Source: Oscillospiraceae bacterium
GTDB taxonomy: Bacteria > Bacillota > Clostridia > Oscillospirales > CAG-272
DNA length: 48,463 nucleotides
Assembly (NCBI GenBank): GCA_015065365.1
Contig: SVQL01000002.1
Coordinates: 1 to 48,463 of the forward strand
Direction of reading: 5' to 3'
Of this stretch, positions 17,250 through 26,659 are shown piece by piece (position 1 is the first letter of the stretch; every line of letters starts with the position of its first letter). A program made the position numbers and the translations under genes. The notes below the pieces were generated by a model that searched no databases, had not been told where the DNA came from, and saw nothing but the letters and a program-made list of their open reading frames with translations.

Positions 17250-17438
17250 TAACGGCAGGTTAAATTTGATATTTCTTTGCGGCGGATATAGGGAGCGGTG
17301 CTGTATTCGCTTTGAGAGAAAGGTTTGCGATGCTTTAGCAGACCGTTTTTTGCGTTTGTCAAATTGTTGCCCGAGGGTTTGCGGCGTTACTTTCGGGACT
17401 TTTACTTATAACCTAATATTTTGAAATAAGGAGATTTT

Positions 17439-19115
17439 ATGCCCAAAAAAGAAAAAGGCAAGCTCCACGTTATTCCTTTAGGCGGTCTTAATGAGATTGG
17501 TAAAAATCTGACCGTTCTGGAATATGGGGACGATATTATAATCGTCGATTGCGGCTTGGGATTTCCCGATGAGGATATGCCCGGTATTGACTTGGTTATC
17601 CCAGATATATCCTATCTTGAAGCCAATAAAGACAAAATTCGCGGAATGGTTCTTACTCATGGACACGAGGACCACATAGGCGCAATTCCTTACGTTTTGC
17701 GCGAGATAAATCCGCCTATCTACGGAACTAATCTGACGCTTGGAATTATAAAAAACAAGCTTACGGAGCACGTGCTCCCCGCCTCTCCGAGGCTTAACTG
17801 CGTAAAGGCAGGGCAAACCGTTCGTCTTGGCGAATTTGCCGTTGAGTTTATTCACGCGAACCACTCGATTGCAGACGCCTGCTGTCTTGCGATAACCACT
17901 CCGCTCGGAGTTATCGTGCATACGGGTGACTTTAAGCTCGACGTTACGCCGATAGACGGCGAAATGATGAATATTACCAGACTTGGAGAAATCGGCAGAA
18001 AGGGTGTGCTTCTGCTCATGTGCGAGTCGACCAATGCCGAGCGGGCGGGCTTTACTCCGTCCGAGCGCAAGGTCGGTAAGTCGCTTGAGTATATATTTAC
18101 GTCAAATGCGGACAAGAGAATAGTTATCGCGACGTTTTCCTCAAACGTGCACCGCGTTCAGCAGATAATAAACGTCAGTGCAAGGCACGGAAGAAAGGTC
18201 GCTATTACGGGACGCAGTATGATAAATATAGTTGCCGCCGCCGTTGAACTTGGATATATGACCGTTCCCGACGGAGTCCTCGTTGACATTGGGGAGATAC
18301 GGCGCTTTAAGCCCGAGGAGCTGACGCTCGTTACTACGGGAAGCCAGGGCGAGCCGATGTCGGCGCTTTATCGCATGGCGTTCGGTGACCACTCGCAGGT
18401 AACGCTTGGAATGAACGATCTTGTCGTTTTGTCTTCAAGCGCAATTCCCGGAAACGAAAAGCTGGTTGGTAGAATAATAAACGAGCTTTCCAAAAACGGA
18501 GTCAGCGTGCTTCATGACGCGGTCGTTGAGGTACACGTTTCGGGACACGCGTGTCAGGAGGAGATCAAGCTTATGCATGCTCTTACTCGTCCGAAATACT
18601 GCATGCCTATTCACGGAGAATACAGACATCTTGCCGCAAACAGAGAGCTTGCGCTTGATATGGGTATTCCCGATAGAAATATTTTTATTTCCGACATCGG
18701 AAAGGTTTTGGAGATAGACGAAAAGGGAGCGAGATTTGCGGGAACGGTTCCTTCGGGCAAGGTTCTCGTTGACGGATACGGAGTCGGAGACGTTGGAAAT
18801 ATCGTGCTTCGCGACAGGCGTCATCTTGCGCAGGACGGACTTATCGTTGTCGTAGCATCGGTAGATACCGATTCGGGACTTTTGCTCTCACCCCCTGAGG
18901 TGGTATCCCGCGGCTTCGTTTACGTTCGCGAATCGGAGGAGCTTATGGACGAGGTCAGAGCAATTGCTACGGATGCAATAGAGCGGTGTCTGGATGCGGG
19001 TATGCCCGTTGACCGTATGCACCTGAAGAATTGCGTCAAGGACGATCTGTCAAAATTCCTCTACGCAAAAACCAAGCGAAAGCCGATGGTTCTCCCCGTA
19101 ATAATGAATATTTGA
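17439..19115 (+). CDS. rnj: ribonuclease J
   Basis: 558 aa with the metallo-beta-lactamase/beta-CASP motif HGHEDHIGA and an N-terminus (LHVIPLGGLNEIGKN) typical of RNase J. SD AAGGAG is present. Confidence 0.95.
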   Translation: MPKKEKGKLHVIPLGGLNEIGKNLTVLEYGDDIIIVDCGLGFPDEDMPGIDLVIPDISYLEANKDKIRGMVLTHGHEDHIGAIPYVLREINPPIYGTNLTLGIIKNKLTEHVLPASPRLNCVKAGQTVRLGEFAVEFIHANHSIADACCLAITTPLGVIVHTGDFKLDVTPIDGEMMNITRLGEIGRKGVLLLMCESTNAERAGFTPSERKVGKSLEYIFTSNADKRIVIATFSSNVHRVQQIINVSARHGRKVAITGRSMINIVAAAVELGYMTVPDGVLVDIGEIRRFKPEELTLVTTGSQGEPMSALYRMAFGDHSQVTLGMNDLVVLSSSAIPGNEKLVGRIINELSKNGVSVLHDAVVEVHVSGHACQEEIKLMHALTRPKYCMPIHGEYRHLAANRELALDMGIPDRNIFISDIGKVLEIDEKGARFAGTVPSGKVLVDGYGVGDVGNIVLRDRRHLAQDGLIVVVASVDTDSGLLLSPPEVVSRGFVYVRESEELMDEVRAIATDAIERCLDAGMPVDRMHLKNCVKDDLSKFLYAKTKRKPMVLPVIMNI

Positions 19116-19273
19116 CGATATTTAAGCACTTATTTGTAAAAAAATATAAAAATTCGACAAAATTCAAAAATTATTCATAGTCAATTCAAGGTTTTATCAC
19201 TCTATGATTGTATAATATTCGGTGTGAATTCGATTTTGTCGAGCACATAAAAAGAAAACGAGGTATAACCCAA

Positions 19274-21157
19274 ATGGGAAAGTCTAACAGAATCAGAAAC
19301 GAAAGAGCAAGCGACGTACTTTTCGGAGGTCCTGCTCCAAAGAAGAAAAAAGGAATGCCTTCATGGGCACTTAATGCGATCACTATTGCGGCGGCAGTTT
19401 TGTTGCTTGCCGGAGTAGCGCTGCTCGCGCTCAATACCAACGGCGTTTTCGGACGTATGCAGTCCGTAATGAAAACCGATAACTTCCGCGTTACCAAGAA
19501 CATGATGACCTACTACGCGCAAACGCAGTATCAGAGCTTTAAGAGCGAAAACAGCTCTTACCTTTCCGCATACGGTCTTGATACCGGTCTTTCTCTTAAG
19601 GATCAGACGTATAGCACCGATGCAGAGGGCAACGTAAAGACCTGGTACGATATGATGATGGAAAGCACTGTCGAGCAGGTAAAGGAAATTCTCGTGTACT
19701 GCGAGGCAGCTCACGCGGCAGGCTTTGAGCTTGACGAGGACGCAAAGCAGGCGGTAGAGGATCAGCTCGCAGAGTATGAATACTACGCATCTATGAATCA
19801 GACTACCGCAGATAATATCGTTGCGGCTACTTACGGCAAGGGAATGAAGCTTAAGGACGTTCGTGCGGCTGTTGAGCTCGCGACTCTCGCGTCTGAATAC
19901 AGCGCAGAGGTTGGAACAAAGCTTGAGAGCGAAATTACCGACACCGAAATAACGACCGAATACGAGGCTCAGAAGATAAAGTACGACCTTGTTGACTATT
20001 TCAAGTATACCTTTAGTGTTACCGTTGAGGATGCTAAGGAAGCAGTAGAGGCAACTCTTGAGGATGGCAAGGAAGCAACCGATGCGCAGATCATCGCAAA
20101 GTATAAGGAAATGATCGCTGCAGAGCGCGCAAAGGCAGCAGAGCTTTCAAAGATTACCGACAAGGCTGCTCTTAAGGCAGAAATTATCAAGCTCATTGCT
20201 GAGGAAACCTTTGACGAGGATTACAAGAAATATATGACGGACAAGAAGGTTCCCGATGCGGAAATTCTTGATATTCGCGCTGATCTTCTTGAAAAGGTTA
20301 TCGCTTCCGTAAAGGACGACAGCGAGTTTGTCGTTGAGAGTGTTGATAAGACCGATAATACTGAGGCTAAGGTAGGCATCGCTTCCAAGACTAAGGAAGG
20401 TGAGACTACCAAGTACACTGTTCTTGGCAAGGACGCAACTGAGGCATACTATAATGCATTCGTAACCTTTGCGGATAGCTTCTACGATGAGGTTAATGCG
20501 GCAACAGTAGCATCCGAGGTTGAAGGCGCTAACCACTCCAAGTCCGACGAGGCTCTTGAGTGGATGTTCGGAGCAGATGCAGATGCGGGTGAGTTCAAGA
20601 CTGTTGAAGCGGGAGACACCAAAGAGGATCTCGGAACGGAATCCGCAAAGCTTAAATCCTTCTCCGCAACTGTTTACTATCTTGCTAAGGATGTTTATAA
20701 GGACGAAAAGTATTCCAAGAATTTGGGTATAATAATATTCAGCGATAAGGAAAAGGCAAAGACTGCGGCACAGAGAATCGCAGAGATGGGTACGATAACC
20801 GTTGAAAATCTTGAGGCTCTTGCAGAGGAGCTTGGCGGAAACTTTACCAATTACGAGAACTACACCGAGGGCTCAATGGGAGTTGACGCATTCGACGAGT
20901 GGGTGTTTGCTGACGACAGGGCGGCAGGAAGCTTCACGAAGGCTGACGAGATAATCACCCTTACTTCTACTTCATCGCAGAATGTTTCTACATCTTACGC
21001 TACTGTATGGCTCCAGGGTAACGGACTTATGGAGTGGGAGATTTCCGTTAAGAGCGCTATTTTCCAGAAGAAATTTGAGGAGAACGATACGGCGCTGAAG
21101 GCGGCTCACGCAGTCAGCGGACCTAACTACAAGGTTCTTAACACCATAGACCTTTAA
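19274..21157 (+). CDS. membrane-anchored extracytoplasmic protein, SurA-N/PrsA-like chaperone region possible
   Basis: The likely start is ATG 19274 (MGKSNRIRNERA...), followed by a basic stretch and one TM helix (WALNAITIAAAVLLLAGVALLAL). The rest is long and Ala/Glu/Lys-rich and looks helical. No PPIase motif was seen. Confidence 0.5.
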   Translation: MGKSNRIRNERASDVLFGGPAPKKKKGMPSWALNAITIAAAVLLLAGVALLALNTNGVFGRMQSVMKTDNFRVTKNMMTYYAQTQYQSFKSENSSYLSAYGLDTGLSLKDQTYSTDAEGNVKTWYDMMMESTVEQVKEILVYCEAAHAAGFELDEDAKQAVEDQLAEYEYYASMNQTTADNIVAATYGKGMKLKDVRAAVELATLASEYSAEVGTKLESEITDTEITTEYEAQKIKYDLVDYFKYTFSVTVEDAKEAVEATLEDGKEATDAQIIAKYKEMIAAERAKAAELSKITDKAALKAEIIKLIAEETFDEDYKKYMTDKKVPDAEILDIRADLLEKVIASVKDDSEFVVESVDKTDNTEAKVGIASKTKEGETTKYTVLGKDATEAYYNAFVTFADSFYDEVNAATVASEVEGANHSKSDEALEWMFGADADAGEFKTVEAGDTKEDLGTESAKLKSFSATVYYLAKDVYKDEKYSKNLGIIIFSDKEKAKTAAQRIAEMGTITVENLEALAEELGGNFTNYENYTEGSMGVDAFDEWVFADDRAAGSFTKADEIITLTSTSSQNVSTSYATVWLQGNGLMEWEISVKSAIFQKKFEENDTALKAAHAVSGPNYKVLNTIDL

Positions 21158-21176
21158 TAGGTTAAGACATACAAAA

Positions 21177-21206
21177 GGGGCGGTTCTGACGGATCAGCCC
21201 CTTTTT
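21177..21206 (+). terminator. intrinsic terminator
   Basis: GGGGC (21177-21181) pairs with GCCCC (21197-21201) and is followed by TTTTT. Confidence 0.55.
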
Positions 21207-21231
21207 ACAAAATATAAAGGGTTACAGAAAA

Positions 21232-21870
21232 ATGGTACTTGAAACGAAAAAATCAACGGTAGCTTACCGCTGTCCTGTTTGCGGAGGCGGAGTAATGAGC
21301 GTTGTGGATACCTTCCGCCTATCTGCCGATATGGTAAAGCTTAAATGTGAGTGTGGCGGAAGTGAAATGGTAATGGTAAAGACCGGCGATGGGAAGGTGA
21401 GATTTACCGTGCCGTGTATGCTTTGTCCTAAGCCGCACAATTTCACCGTCAGCACGAATTTGTTTTTTGATAAGGAGCTTTTCGTGTTGCCTTGTCCCTA
21501 TTCCGACTTGAACGTGGCGATGATGGGAGAGAGCAATCACGTAAAGGCAGAGCTTTCGCGCACCGAGCTTAAGCTTCTCGATATGCTTGAGGAGAGCGGC
21601 GCGCAGAGCCTTGACGTTTTTCATTCCGAGCAGTATCTTACCGATCCTCAGGTGCTTGAAATCGTTTCTTATATGATAAAGGAGCTTGACGAGGAAGGGA
21701 AGTTATATTGCAAATGTCCAGAGGCTGAGGAGGGGGATTACGAGCTTGAAATGACCGCCGAGGGCTTGAAGGTAAGCTGTCGCAGATGCGGTGCATCCAA
21801 AACGGTTCCCACGAATTCGCTCATTCAGGCAAACGAATTTCTTAATGCGGATTCATTGACTCTTGAATAA
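21232..21870 (+). CDS. cysteine-rich (multiple CxxC) hypothetical protein
   Basis: 212 aa with CPVCGGG, CECGG, CMLCPKPH and CRRCGAS zinc-ribbon-like pairs. The SD is weak. Confidence 0.55.
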   Translation: MVLETKKSTVAYRCPVCGGGVMSVVDTFRLSADMVKLKCECGGSEMVMVKTGDGKVRFTVPCMLCPKPHNFTVSTNLFFDKELFVLPCPYSDLNVAMMGESNHVKAELSRTELKLLDMLEESGAQSLDVFHSEQYLTDPQVLEIVSYMIKELDEEGKLYCKCPEAEEGDYELEMTAEGLKVSCRRCGASKTVPTNSLIQANEFLNADSLTLE

Positions 21871-21878
21871 AATATTAG

Positions 21879-21909
21879 AAACCGCTCTTGCAAAACAAGA
21901 GCGGTTTTT
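21879..21909. terminator. bidirectional intrinsic terminator between convergent genes
   Basis: AAACCGCTCTTG (21879-21890) pairs with CAAGAGCGGTTT (21896-21907), with A-run and T-run flanks. Confidence 0.7.
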
Positions 21910-21913
21910 AACA

Positions 21914-22120
21914 TTATTTGTACGGGAGTGGGTTTTGCGTCAAACCGAGAATATAGTCCGTTGAAGTGTTATAATATTTTGCGAGGGCAACCAATAGCTC
22001 AATCGGAATTTGTCTATGTCCGTTTTCGTACTGTGAATAAGTGTTTTGCTTTACGTGCAGATATTCCGCAAGTTCCTTTTGCGTCAAGTCGCGATCTTCT
22101 CTTAAATCCTTAATTCTCAT
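21914..22120 (-). CDS. XRE family helix-turn-helix transcriptional regulator
   Basis: 68 aa. LTQKELAEYLHVKQNTYSQYENGHRQIPIELLVALAKYY is a classic Cro/C1 HTH. Confidence 0.9.
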   Translation of the reverse strand: MRIKDLREDRDLTQKELAEYLHVKQNTYSQYENGHRQIPIELLVALAKYYNTSTDYILGLTQNPLPYK

Positions 22121-22186
22121 TATATTTATATCCCTCGCTTAATTACAGTAAAGAATTTATGTAATTATTATATAAAATCGCAATAT

Positions 22187-22221
22187 GAGATATTGACATA
22201 TATCTCAAATTGTGATATAAT
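22187..22221 (+). promoter_or_regulatory. consensus promoter with overlapping inverted repeat (candidate XRE operator)
   Basis: GAGATAT-TGACAT-ATATCTC (22187-22206) overlaps TTGACA (22193-22198), 17 nt spacer, TATAAT (22216-22221). Confidence 0.55.
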
Positions 22222-22252
22222 AACTATGCAAATAAAATTTTGGGAGGAAAAA

Positions 22253-22858
22253 ATGGGAAAATACGTTGAAAACAATTTGATTAATGATGAGAAGATCGTC
22301 AAAAAAGCAACGCTGAGTCCGTTGCCTTTGGTAGTTAACGGAATAAAAATCCTTATCAGTGTTGCCATCTTTATTGGATTTATAATATATTTCGGAGCTT
22401 TAATGATAGCTTCGGGATTAGCGTCTGTGTCATTCATGGATATGATGGCTATATTGGGAGATATGGGAGCTTTTACGTCGGTTTGGCTTGTTCTTTGTTT
22501 CGTTATAATATTTGCCGTTATTATACATGAAATAAAGTCTTTCTTCAGGTATTTTAACATGGACGTAGCCATTACGAATAAGAGGGTCATTGGTAAGACG
22601 GGAATTATCCGAGTCGAAACGATGGACGCGCCGCTCGACAAAATCAACAACGTAAACGTATCTAAGGGTTTGTTCGGCAGAATGCTTAAATATGGCTCAA
22701 TAATTATTTCTACTGCAAATTTCGGAACCTTCAGATACGATTACATAAGTAACGTAGACGAATATAAATCTATTCTTATGGCAGAGATAGATAAATATAC
22801 AAATCCACAAAAGGAAAATGACGGGGATATAAGATCCGAGGAATCTAAAAGCGAATAG
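22253..22858 (+). CDS. bacterial PH-domain (bPH_2/YdbT-like, DUF304) membrane protein
   Basis: Likely start at 22253 with SD GGGAGG (MGKYVENNLINDEKIVKKATLS). Two TM helices are followed by ITNKRVIGKTGIIRVETMDAPLDKINNVNVSKGLFGRMLKYGSIIIST. The gene is AT-rich. Confidence 0.7.
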   Translation: MGKYVENNLINDEKIVKKATLSPLPLVVNGIKILISVAIFIGFIIYFGALMIASGLASVSFMDMMAILGDMGAFTSVWLVLCFVIIFAVIIHEIKSFFRYFNMDVAITNKRVIGKTGIIRVETMDAPLDKINNVNVSKGLFGRMLKYGSIIISTANFGTFRYDYISNVDEYKSILMAEIDKYTNPQKENDGDIRSEESKSE

Positions 22859-22866
22859 GTAAAGGA

Positions 22867-22901
22867 CACGGCGTATCTTCTTTGATGCGCCGTGCTTTTT
22901 T
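22867..22901 (+). terminator. intrinsic terminator
   Basis: CACGGCG (22867-22873) pairs with CGCCGTG (22888-22894) and is followed by CTTTTTT. Confidence 0.65.
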
Positions 22902-22975
22902 AGGTTTCAATTTATGTGTTTATTATATTTTAGAAGAATATTTTTTAAAAAAATCAAAAAAGTTTCAAAAAACTA

Positions 22976-23004
22976 TTTACAAAATGCAAAAATCGTGATA
23001 TAAT
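22976..23004 (+). promoter_or_regulatory. rpsO promoter
   Basis: TTTACA (22976-22981), 17 nt spacer, TATAAT (22999-23004) with a TG extension. A ~100-nt leader contains the hairpin GTTATC...GATAAC. Confidence 0.65.
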
Positions 23005-23112
23005 AACTGTACATGTCGTTATCTCGGCTTTCGGATAACAGGCTATTTTAAGTAGCATTTCACCCGCCGATTTCTGAGTTAACGATAAATAAAAAAGAAA
23101 GGTGAAAAAATC

Positions 23113-23379
23113 ATGATGCTTAAGGACGAAAAGCAGGCAATTATTGAAAAGTATGCTACCTGCGAGGGAGACACAGGATCCCCCGAGGTTCAGATTGCGC
23201 TTCTGACTTACAGAATCAAAAATCTGACTGAGCACCTTAAGAGCAATCACAAGGATCATCACAGCCGCAGAGGTCTGCAGAAGATGGTTGGTCACAGAAG
23301 AAATCTTCTTGGCTACCTTCAGAAGACGGACATCGAGCGTTACCGTGCGATCGTTGAGAAGCTCGGTCTCAGAAAGTAA
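23113..23379 (+). CDS. rpsO: 30S ribosomal protein S15
   Basis: 88 aa. [48 protein letters not shown] matches S15. Confidence 0.97.
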   Translation: MMLKDEKQAIIEKYATCEGDTGSPEVQIALLTYRIKNLTEHLKSNHKDHHSRRGLQKMVGHRRNLLGYLQKTDIERYRAIVEKLGLRK

Positions 23380-23462
23380 TCATAATTGTCGGAGTGAAGA
23401 GTGCAACCCGAGGGTGGACTCCTCACTCCCTCATTCTTTAATGCAGGAAAAACAGTAAAACG

Positions 23463-23536
23463 CTCACAAAGGATTAGCAGTTAACAGAGGGCGCACATAA
23501 GACTTACGCTTTGTGTTAAGTGCTAAACCTTGTGAG
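23463..23536 (+). promoter_or_regulatory. long imperfect hairpin in the rpsO-pnp intergenic leader
   Basis: CTCACAAAGG...TTAGCAGTTAACA pairs with TGTTAAGTGCTAA...ACCTTGTGAG. In E. coli the pnp leader hairpin is the RNase III/PNPase autoregulation site; the analogy here is inferred. Confidence 0.45.
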
Positions 23537-23562
23537 GTAAAATAAATTTTTAGGAGGACGTT

Positions 23563-25674
23563 ATGTCACAAATCAGCACACCTATGGAATTTAAGAATTA
23601 CAAGGTATTCAACTACACGCTTGCAGGCAGACCTCTCGTTGTTGAGACGGGTAAGCTTGCAGGTCTTGCAAACGGCTCGGTGCTTATCCGCTACGGTGAG
23701 ACGGCAATTCTTTGCTGCGCGACCGCAAGCGCAAAGCCCAGAGACGGAATTGATTTTCTTCCCCTGTCGGTAGACTACGACGAGAGAATGTACGCTGCGG
23801 GAAAGATCCCCGGCGGATACCTCAAGAGAGAGGGTAAGCCTTCCGAAAAGGCAGTTCTTACCTCTCGCGTTATCGACCGCCCCATTCGTCCCTTGTTCCC
23901 CAAGGACCTTCGCAACGACGTTGCTCTTACTCTTACCGTAATGTCGGTTGATCCTGATTGCTCACCCGAGATCACGGCTATGATAGGCGCATCCTTGGCG
24001 CTCTCTATTTCCGATATTCCGTGGAACGGACCTATCGGCGGCGTATTCATGGGACTCGTTGACGGCAAGCTCGTTGTTAACCCCACCGAGGCAGAGCAGA
24101 AGAAGAGCGATCTTCAGCTGACTGTTGCGGCATCCATGGAAAAGGTCGTTATGATCGAGGCGGGCGCTAACGAGGTTGACGATGAGACAATGTTTAACGC
24201 TATTATGATGGCTCACGCCGAGATCAAGGATCTTCTCGGCTTTATCAACGCTATTATTGACGAGATAGGCAAGCCCAAGTTTGACTATCCCTCTTGCGAG
24301 CTTGATCACGAGATGTTCGACAAGGTATTCGATTTCTGTGAGAAGGATATGATGATCGCTCTTGACACCGATGACAAGAACATCCGTGACGAGAGAGTTG
24401 TTCCGATAACCGACGCTATCGTTGAAAAATTCGGCGAGGAGTACCCCGAGATCGGCGGCATGATGGACGAGCTTATCTACAAGATTCAGAAGAAGATAGT
24501 TCGCCGTTGGTTGCTGGTTGACAAGAAGCGTGTTGACGGCAGACGTATGGACCAGATAAGACCTCTCGGCAGTGAGGTCGGACTTCTTCCCAGAGCACAC
24601 GGCTCGGGACTCTTTACCAGAGGTCAGACTCAGGTTCTTACCGTTGCAACTCTCGGTATGCTTTCCGAGGCACAGATGCTTGACGGTATCGACAGCGAGA
24701 CCGAAAAGAGATATATGCACCACTACAACATGCCCGGATTCTCTACGGGTGAGGCTAAGTCGACGAGAAGCCCCGGACGCCGCGAGATCGGTCATGGTGC
24801 GCTTGCAGAGCGCTCTCTCGTTCCCGTGCTTCCCACTCCCGAGGAGTTCCCCTATGCAATAAGACTCGTTTCCGACGTAGTATCCTCTAACGGTTCTACC
24901 TCGCAGGGATCTGTTTGCGGATCTACCCTTGCTCTTATGGACGCAGGTGTTCCGATAAAGGCTCCCGTTGCGGGTATCTCCTGCGGACTTATCACCGCTG
25001 AGGACGGAAGCTGGGATATCATGCTTGATATTCAGGGACTTGAGGACTTCTACGGAGATATGGACTTCAAGGTTGCAGGTACTCACAAGGGTATTACCTC
25101 TATTCAGATGGACCTTAAGGTAGACGGACTTACTCCCGAGATAATCAAGGCTGCTCTTGAGCAGACTCACGTGGGACGTGACTATATCATCGACGAGGTT
25201 CTTCTTAAGGCAATTGCTGAGCCTCGCGCTGAGGTTTCCAAGTACGCTCCTAAGATGACTACCTTCAAGATTGACCCCGACAAGATTCGTGAGGTTATCG
25301 GTAAGGGAGGCTCCGTAATTCAGAAGATAGTTGCCGAGTCCGGCGCAAAGGTTGATATCGAGGATGACGGAACTATCTGCATCGCCGCTGCAAACGGCGA
25401 GAACGCTGCCGCTGCAAAGGCAATGATAGACGCTATCGTATTCGAGCCCGAGGTAGGAGCTGTCTACACGGGTAAGGTAACCGGAATTAAGGAATTCGGT
25501 TGCTTCGTTGAGTACGCTCCCGGTAAGGAGGGAATGGTTCACATTTCCAAGATTGCTCCCAAGAGAATAGAGAAGGTCGAGGACGTTCTCGCGCTTGGTG
25601 ACGTTGTGAAGGTTAAGTACATGGGACTTGACAAGAAGGGAAGAATGGACTTCTCCATTAAGGACGCTGACTAA
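23563..25674 (+). CDS. pnp: polyribonucleotide nucleotidyltransferase (PNPase)
   Basis: 703 aa with two RNase PH-like domains and C-terminal KH (REVIGKGGSVIQKI) and S1 (GKVTGIKEFGCFVEY) domains. The antisense ORF 23962-25701 is rejected. Confidence 0.97.
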   Translation: MSQISTPMEFKNYKVFNYTLAGRPLVVETGKLAGLANGSVLIRYGETAILCCATASAKPRDGIDFLPLSVDYDERMYAAGKIPGGYLKREGKPSEKAVLTSRVIDRPIRPLFPKDLRNDVALTLTVMSVDPDCSPEITAMIGASLALSISDIPWNGPIGGVFMGLVDGKLVVNPTEAEQKKSDLQLTVAASMEKVVMIEAGANEVDDETMFNAIMMAHAEIKDLLGFINAIIDEIGKPKFDYPSCELDHEMFDKVFDFCEKDMMIALDTDDKNIRDERVVPITDAIVEKFGEEYPEIGGMMDELIYKIQKKIVRRWLLVDKKRVDGRRMDQIRPLGSEVGLLPRAHGSGLFTRGQTQVLTVATLGMLSEAQMLDGIDSETEKRYMHHYNMPGFSTGEAKSTRSPGRREIGHGALAERSLVPVLPTPEEFPYAIRLVSDVVSSNGSTSQGSVCGSTLALMDAGVPIKAPVAGISCGLITAEDGSWDIMLDIQGLEDFYGDMDFKVAGTHKGITSIQMDLKVDGLTPEIIKAALEQTHVGRDYIIDEVLLKAIAEPRAEVSKYAPKMTTFKIDPDKIREVIGKGGSVIQKIVAESGAKVDIEDDGTICIAAANGENAAAAKAMIDAIVFEPEVGAVYTGKVTGIKEFGCFVEYAPGKEGMVHISKIAPKRIEKVEDVLALGDVVKVKYMGLDKKGRMDFSIKDAD

Positions 25675-25743
25675 TACGGATATAGACAGATATGCCCGCA
25701 CCCTATAAGGGCGCGGGCATAATAAAAATTAAGGAGGAACAAT

Positions 25744-26586
25744 ATGAAAAAGATAATAAACATGCTCGCCGGAGGAGAGGGCGCAACACCTCTCAAAAAA
25801 GGTGTAGTTTACGCTGCTCTCGGAACACTTGCCGCGCTGATATTGGCAATAGCGATACTCGTTGTTTCCTCTATCGCTCTCACGCTGACGGATAATATCG
25901 GTAATGAGCCCGACGGAGGCGGAGAGGGTGACGGCGGCAACGGCGGCGGAGTTTCCGTAAATTCCGTTGAGCTTGTTACTCTTGAGAGTATTTCGGCGCT
26001 TGCTGAGAAGGCTGAAGTTGACCTTGTAAAGGTAGGAGATAAGCGCACTCCGTTTAACAAAAATCAAAATTTTTATTATGCAAAAAATGATACTGACGGT
26101 GTAGATAAGCTTACCGCAAGCGCAATGACCGCAGTTGATAAGATGCTTGTTGATTTTTACAATGCAAACAAGGATAAATTAGTAACTGACGTAGGTCCGG
26201 ATACTAAAAATCCCGACTGCAATATTCCGCTTATAAAGAATACGAGTGCGGCGGGAACTGAATTTACTATTGTAACTTTCCACGACAAGTCTATGGTAGG
26301 TAACACGCTTTATTCATGGATATTCTCAAATGCATACAAGTACGGATTTATTTATAAGGGAGATAACTTCCAGTACGTAGGTGTTGCGCTTGCTACTTAT
26401 CTTCGTGCCGGCAACGATTTGACGCCTATTAAGGCAAAGACTGCCGATAAGGCGCAGATATTGTCCGGTGGTTACTACGCGTACTACGTAGCAGTTGACG
26501 CTGCTGAGATTAAAGCACCTAAGTCACTTGCTTATGATGTAATCGCAGACGGCACGGACGGATATATCGTTATATACAAAAAATAA
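25744..26586 (+). CDS. membrane-anchored protein with degenerate VanY/M15-like C-terminal region
   Basis: 280 aa with one TM helix and a Gly-rich linker. WIFSNAYKYGFIYKGDNFQYVG resembles the VanY C-terminal block, but the metal ligands appear to be missing. Confidence 0.4.
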   Translation: MKKIINMLAGGEGATPLKKGVVYAALGTLAALILAIAILVVSSIALTLTDNIGNEPDGGGEGDGGNGGGVSVNSVELVTLESISALAEKAEVDLVKVGDKRTPFNKNQNFYYAKNDTDGVDKLTASAMTAVDKMLVDFYNANKDKLVTDVGPDTKNPDCNIPLIKNTSAAGTEFTIVTFHDKSMVGNTLYSWIFSNAYKYGFIYKGDNFQYVGVALATYLRAGNDLTPIKAKTADKAQILSGGYYAYYVAVDAAEIKAPKSLAYDVIADGTDGYIVIYKK

Positions 26587-26659
26587 TCCAAATCTTTATG
26601 CAGGGGACATCTCCTGCATAAAGTGCTCTGTATAGCTTTAGAGATAGAAAGAAACCATT

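Noticed and set aside
22207-22224. Near-identical extended -10 blocks ATTGTGATATAATAA at 22207-22224 and 45266-45283, with ATCGTGATATAATAA at 22991-23008
   Set aside because: This is most simply explained as strong TGn-extended consensus promoters in an AT-rich context rather than a mobile promoter cassette. The flanks are unrelated.
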